NCBI GenBank assembly: GCA_032654565.1
Contig: JAULAX010000015.1
Span: forward strand, 672,001-736,000
Length of the DNA: 64,000 bases
Origin: Anaeromyxobacteraceae bacterium
GTDB taxonomy: Bacteria > Myxococcota > Myxococcia > Myxococcales > Anaeromyxobacteraceae
Direction of reading: 5' to 3'
The notes below the pieces were generated by a model. That model did no database searches, was not told where the DNA came from, and saw only the letters and a list, made by a program, of their open reading frames with translations. The position numbers were made by a program, and so were the translations under genes. Shown in pieces: positions 59,447 through 64,000 of the stretch; positions within the stretch are counted from its first letter, which is position 1; each line of letters begins with the position of its first letter.

Positions 59447-62400
59447 ATGGCCGTCACCCGCAGACAGTTCCTCAAGGTCACCGCCGGAGGGCTCGCCGGC
59501 AGCAGCATCGCGGCGCTGGGCTTCTCTCCCACCCGGGCGCTCGCCGAGGTCAGGCAGTTCAAGCTGGCCCGCACCTCGGAGACCCGCAACACCTGCCCCT
59601 ACTGCTCGGTCGGCTGCGGCGTCATCCTCTACGGCCTCGGCGACAAGGCCAAGAACGCCCGCACCGAGATCATCCACGTCGAGGGCGACCCGGACCACCC
59701 GGTCAACCGCGGCACCCTCTGCCCCAAGGGGGCCTCGCTCCTCGACTTCGTCAAGAGCCCGAACCGGCTCAAGTTCCCCGAGCACCGCGGGCCCGGCGAG
59801 ACCGAGTTCAAGCGGGTCAGCTGGGACTTCGCGCTCGGTCGTATCGCCCGGCTGATGAAGGACGATCGCGACAAGAACTTCCTGCAGAAGAGCGGCGACG
59901 TCACCGTCAACCGCTGGACCAGCGTCGCCTTCCTGGCGGCCTCGGCTTCCTCCAACGAGTCGGGCTACATCACCAACAAGGTCATCCGCGCCATGGGGAT
60001 GACGGCCCTGGACAACCAAGCCAGGGTTTGACACGGCCCCACGGTGGCCGGTCTGGCCCCCTCCTTCGGTCGTGGCGCGATGACGAACCACTGGGCGGAC
60101 ATCAAGAACGCCGACGTGGTGCTGGTGATGGGCGGCAACCCCGCCGAGGCCCACCCCTGCGGCTTCAAGTGGGTGATCGAGGCCAAGATCAAGAACAAGG
60201 CCCGGCTCATCGTGGTCGATCCGCGCTTCACGCGGACCGCGGCGGTGGCCGACAAGTTCGCCCAGCTCCGCCCCGGCACCGACATCGCCTTCCTCGGCGG
60301 CGTCATCCGCCACCTGCTGGAGAACGACCTCATCCAGAAGGAGTACGTCCGCAGCTACACCAACGCCGCCTTCCTCATCGACGAAGGGTACGGCTTCGAC
60401 GACGGGCTCTTCACCGGCTACGACGAGGCCAAGCGCAGCTACGACAAGGCCACCTGGAAGTACCAGGTCGACAAGGACGGCCAGGCCAAGGTCGACCGGA
60501 CCCTGCAGGATCCGCGCTGCGTCTACCAGGCCATGAAGCGCCACTACGCCCGCTACACGCCGGAGCTGGTGGAGCGGGTCACCGGGGTGCCGGCCGCCGA
60601 GTTCCTGGAGATCGCCAAGCTCATCGGCTCCACCTCGGCGACCAACAAGGTGATGACCAGCCTCTACGCGCTGGGCTGGACGCAGCACACCGTCGGCTCG
60701 CAGAACATCCGCGCCATCGCCTGCATCCAGCTGCTGCTCGGCAACATGGGGCTGCCCGGCGGCGGCGTCAACGCGCTGCGCGGCCACTCCAACATCCAGG
60801 GGCTCACCGACCTCGGCGTCATGAGCCACCTGCTCCCCGGCTACCTGGGGCTGCCCACCGAGAAGGAGCCGGACCTCAAGACCTTCCTGGAGAAGCGGAC
60901 GCCCAAGGCGGTGCGCCCCGGGCAGATGAACTACCTGCAGAACTTCCCCAAGTTCTTCGTCTCGCTGCTCAAGGCCTGGTATGGGGCCGAGGCGCAGAAG
61001 GAGAACGACTTCCGCTTCGACTGGCTGCCCAAGAACGACAAGACCTACGACATCCTGGCGGCCTTCGAGCTGATGCACCAGGGGAAGATCAACGGCTACT
61101 TCTGCCAGGGCTTCAACCCGCTGGCCTCGGTCCCCGACAAGGCCAAGCTGTCGACGGCCATGGCCAAGCTCAAGTACCTGGTGGTCATCGACCCGCTGGT
61201 CACCGAGACCTCGACCTTCTGGCAGAACAAGGGCGAGTTCAACGACGTCGACAGCAAGTCGATCCAGACCGAGGTCTTCCGGCTCCCCTCCACATGCTTC
61301 GCCGAGGAGGACGGCTCCCTCACCAACAGCAGCCGCCAGCTGCAGTGGCACTGGAAGGCGGCCGAGCCGCCCGGCGAGGCCCGCGCCGACCTCGACGTCA
61401 TCGCCGGGATCTTCCAGGCGGTGCGCGCCCTCTACCAGAAGGAGGGTGGCACCTTCCCCGACCCCATCCTCAAGCTGGCCTGGGCCTACGCCAAGCCGGG
61501 CGCGCCCTCGCCCGACGAGGTGGCCCGCGAGGTCAACGGCAAGGCGCTGGCCGACGTCCCGGACCCCAAGGACAAGCTGAAGACCCTGGCCAAGGAGGGT
61601 GAGCAGCTGGCCACCTTCGCCCACCTGCAGGCCGACGGCACCACCTCGGCCGGTTGCTGGATCTACACCGGCAGCTGGACGCAGAACGGCAACCAGATGG
61701 CCCGGCGCGACGCCGCCGATCCCACCGGCCTCGGCAACGCGCCCGGCTGGGCCTGGTCCTGGCCGGCCAACCGCCGCATCCTCTACAACCGGGCCTCGGC
61801 CGACCCGGCCGGCAAGGCCTGGGATCCGAAGCGCAAGTACATCACCTGGAACGGCAAGAAGTGGGTCGGCCCCGACGTCCCCGACTTCAAGGTCGACTCC
61901 CCGCCCGAGGACGGCATGTCGCCCTTCATCATGACCAACGAGGGCGTGGGCCGGCTCTTCGCGCTCGGCGGCATGGCCGAGGGGCCGTTCCCCGAGCACT
62001 ACGAGCCGTTCGAGACGCCGCTGGCCACCAACCCGTTCTCGCCCAAGGGCGTGGGGAAGACCCTCTCCAACCCGGCGGCGCGGCTCTTCAAGGGTGACAA
62101 GGAGCGGCTCGGCCAGGCCAAGGAGTTCCCCTTCGTGGCCACCACCTACCGGCTCACCGAGCACTTCCACTTCTGGACCAAGCACACCCGCATCGCCGCG
62201 GTGCTGCAGCCGGAGGCCTTCGCCGAGATCGGCGAGGAGCTGGCCAGCCTGCGGGGCATCAAGAACGGCGACCGGGTGGTGGTCAAGTCGAAGCGAGGCG
62301 CCATCAAGGTCAAGGCCCTGGTCACCAAGCGCATCCACGCGCTGACCATCGAGGGGCAGCAGGTCCACACCGTCGGCCTGCCCATCCACTGGGGGTACGA

Positions 62401-62512
62401 AGGGCTCACCAAGCCGGGCTACCTGACCAACACCCTGACGCCGTTCATCGGCGACGCCAACATCCAGACGCCGGAGTTCAAGGCGTTCCTGGTCGACGTC
62501 CAGAAGGCCTGA
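59447..62512 (+). CDS. fdnG: Formate dehydrogenase-N alpha subunit, selenocysteine at codon 195 (TGA 60029-60031)
   Basis: Tat signal TRRQFLK, CPYCSVGC, DNQARV-TGA-HGPTVAGLAPSFGRGAM; the two listed ORFs are in the same frame. Confidence 0.96.
60032..60060 (+). promoter_or_regulatory. SECIS element of fdnG
   Basis: GG-U-GGCC-GGUCU-GGCC-CC hairpin: bulged U at +17 and G23/U24 in the loop, as in the E. coli fdh SECIS. Confidence 0.9.
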
Positions 62513-62520
62513 GGCGCGCC

Positions 62521-63396
62521 ATGGCACTCATGTCACTCGACGTCGTCAACCAGTCGGCCAGCACCTCCACGCCCCCGCAGGCGCGCAGCACCCTGGAGGT
62601 CGCCAAGCTCATCGACATCTCGCGCTGCATCGGCTGCAAGGCCTGCCAGTCGGCCTGCATGGAGTGGAACGACCTGCGCGACCAGGTGGGGGTCACCGAG
62701 GGCTTCTACACCAACCCCCCGGACCTCTCCGACCAGTCCTGGACGCTGATGCGCTTCAACGAGCAGGTCATCGACGGCCGGCTGCAGTGGCTGATCCTCA
62801 AGGACGGCTGCTACCACTGCCAGGATCCGGGCTGCCTCAAGAGCTGCCCGGCCCCCGGCGCCATCGTGCAGTACTCCAACGGCATCGTCGACTTCCACCA
62901 GGAGAACTGCATCGGCTGCGGCTACTGCACCGCCGGCTGCCCCTTCAACGTCCCGCGCCTCTCCGGCAAGGACTCCAAGGCCTACAAGTGCACGCTCTGC
63001 TCCGACCGGGTGGCGGTGGGGCTGGAGCCGGCCTGCGTCAAGGCCTGCCCGACCGGGGCCATCGGCTTCGGCTCCAAGGAGGAGATGCTCTTCCAGGCCG
63101 AGCACCGGCTGGCGGATCTGGTCGAGCGCGGCTTCGCCCGGGCGGCGGTCTACGACCCCAAGGGCGTGGGCGGCACCCACGTGGTGCTGGTGCTCCCGCA
63201 CGGTGACCGGCCCGAGGCCTACGGCCTGCCGGCCAACCCCCGGGTCGGCCCGGTGCTGCAGGCCTGGCGCAGCGGCCTGGCCCGCGCCGCCGGCGTCGCC
63301 ACCATGTTCGCGGTGCTGGCGGCCGGGATCCTCCACTACATGCGGCGCGGCCCGCTGGAAGTGCCGCCCGAAGGCGAGCAGGGGGTGAAGCCATGA
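62521..63396 (+). CDS. fdnH: Formate dehydrogenase beta (Fe-S) subunit
   Basis: CIGCKACQSAC, CYHCQDPGCLKSCP, CIGCGYCTAGCP, KCTLCSDR; C-terminal TM helix. Confidence 0.95.
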   Translation: MALMSLDVVNQSASTSTPPQARSTLEVAKLIDISRCIGCKACQSACMEWNDLRDQVGVTEGFYTNPPDLSDQSWTLMRFNEQVIDGRLQWLILKDGCYHCQDPGCLKSCPAPGAIVQYSNGIVDFHQENCIGCGYCTAGCPFNVPRLSGKDSKAYKCTLCSDRVAVGLEPACVKACPTGAIGFGSKEEMLFQAEHRLADLVERGFARAAVYDPKGVGGTHVVLVLPHGDRPEAYGLPANPRVGPVLQAWRSGLARAAGVATMFAVLAAGILHYMRRGPLEVPPEGEQGVKP

Positions 63397-64000
63397 ACAC
63401 CGTCGGCACGGAGCAGATCGTTCGGCACAGCAACGGCGCCCGCGTCGCCCACTGGGCGGTGGCCATCGTCTTCACCTTCCTCTTCCTCTCCGGGCTGGCC
63501 CTCTTCTCGCCGTTCTTCTACTGGCTCTCCTACGTGCTGGGCGGCGGCGCGCTGATGCGCTTCCTCCACCCCATGGCCGGGGCGGCGCTGGTGGTCCTCT
63601 TCTACCCGTACGCGGCCCTGCTGGTGGGCGACAACCGCTGGCTCCCCAACGACTCGAAGTGGGTCGCGCACATGGGCGCCTACATGCGCAAGGAGCACCC
63701 CGACGTCGGCGAGACCCACAAGTACAACGCCGGCCAGAAGATGATGTACTGGTCGATGGTCCCGCTCATCGCCGTGCTGGCGATCACCGGGGTGCTGCTC
63801 TGGCAGCCCTGGTTCGCCCCGCACTTCTCGGCCGGGGCCCGCCGCGCCGCCGGCCTGATCCACTCGGTCTGCGCCTTCATCATGTTCGTGGGGATCGGCA
63901 TCCACGTCTACGCGGCCATCTGGACCAGGGGCTCCATCGACGCCATGATCCGCGGCACCGTCACCCGGGCCTGGGCCAGGTTCCACCACCCGGCCTGGGA
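63393..64000 (+). CDS. fdnI: Formate dehydrogenase gamma (cytochrome b556) subunit, 3'-truncated
   Basis: ATG 63393 (ATGA overlap); RVAHW, MRFLHP, KYNAGQK, IHVYAAIW. Confidence 0.92.
   Translation, partial: MNTVGTEQIVRHSNGARVAHWAVAIVFTFLFLSGLALFSPFFYWLSYVLGGGALMRFLHPMAGAALVVLFYPYAALLVGDNRWLPNDSKWVAHMGAYMRKEHPDVGETHKYNAGQKMMYWSMVPLIAVLAITGVLLWQPWFAPHFSAGARRAAGLIHSVCAFIMFVGIGIHVYAAIWTRGSIDAMIRGTVTRAWARFHHPAW

Overview
Very GC-rich (about 75% by eye) bacterial chromosomal window whose gene content looks like Myxococcota/Anaeromyxobacter (inferred, not verified). It is mostly housekeeping and metabolic genes: M3 peptidase, MCP and ABC-2 permeases, ppnP, pirin, an FeS/FAD membrane oxidoreductase, a DUF3494 ice-binding-type lipoprotein, a complete trpEGDCFBA operon, a divergent class III nucleotidyl cyclase, a triple-domain DsbA, a TusA plus tRNA thiolase pair, a PIN toxin-antitoxin pair, SulP, ppdK, a malate-synthase-like gene, c-di-GMP enzymes, a lactate cluster (lctP, dld-II, LytST, lutABC, lrgAB), a NitT/TauT ABC transporter and fdnGHI. 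No rRNA, tRNA, CRISPR array or transposase was recognised. The strongest signals are translational recoding. (1) trpE appears to be reached by a prfB-like +1 frameshift at CUU-UGG inside a 10-codon Trp-containing leader, which would be a Trp-starvation-sensing frameshift; a sequencing indel is the main alternative. (2) An exported rhodanese has an in-frame UGA plus a SECIS-like hairpin, giving a CxxxxUxxC selenoprotein. (3) fdnG carries the canonical Sec codon. Other observations: a cyclase with non-canonical base-specificity residues, shared LytTR-type boxes, several operator-like palindromes, apparent leaderless genes, and two homopolymer frameshifts that look like assembly errors.
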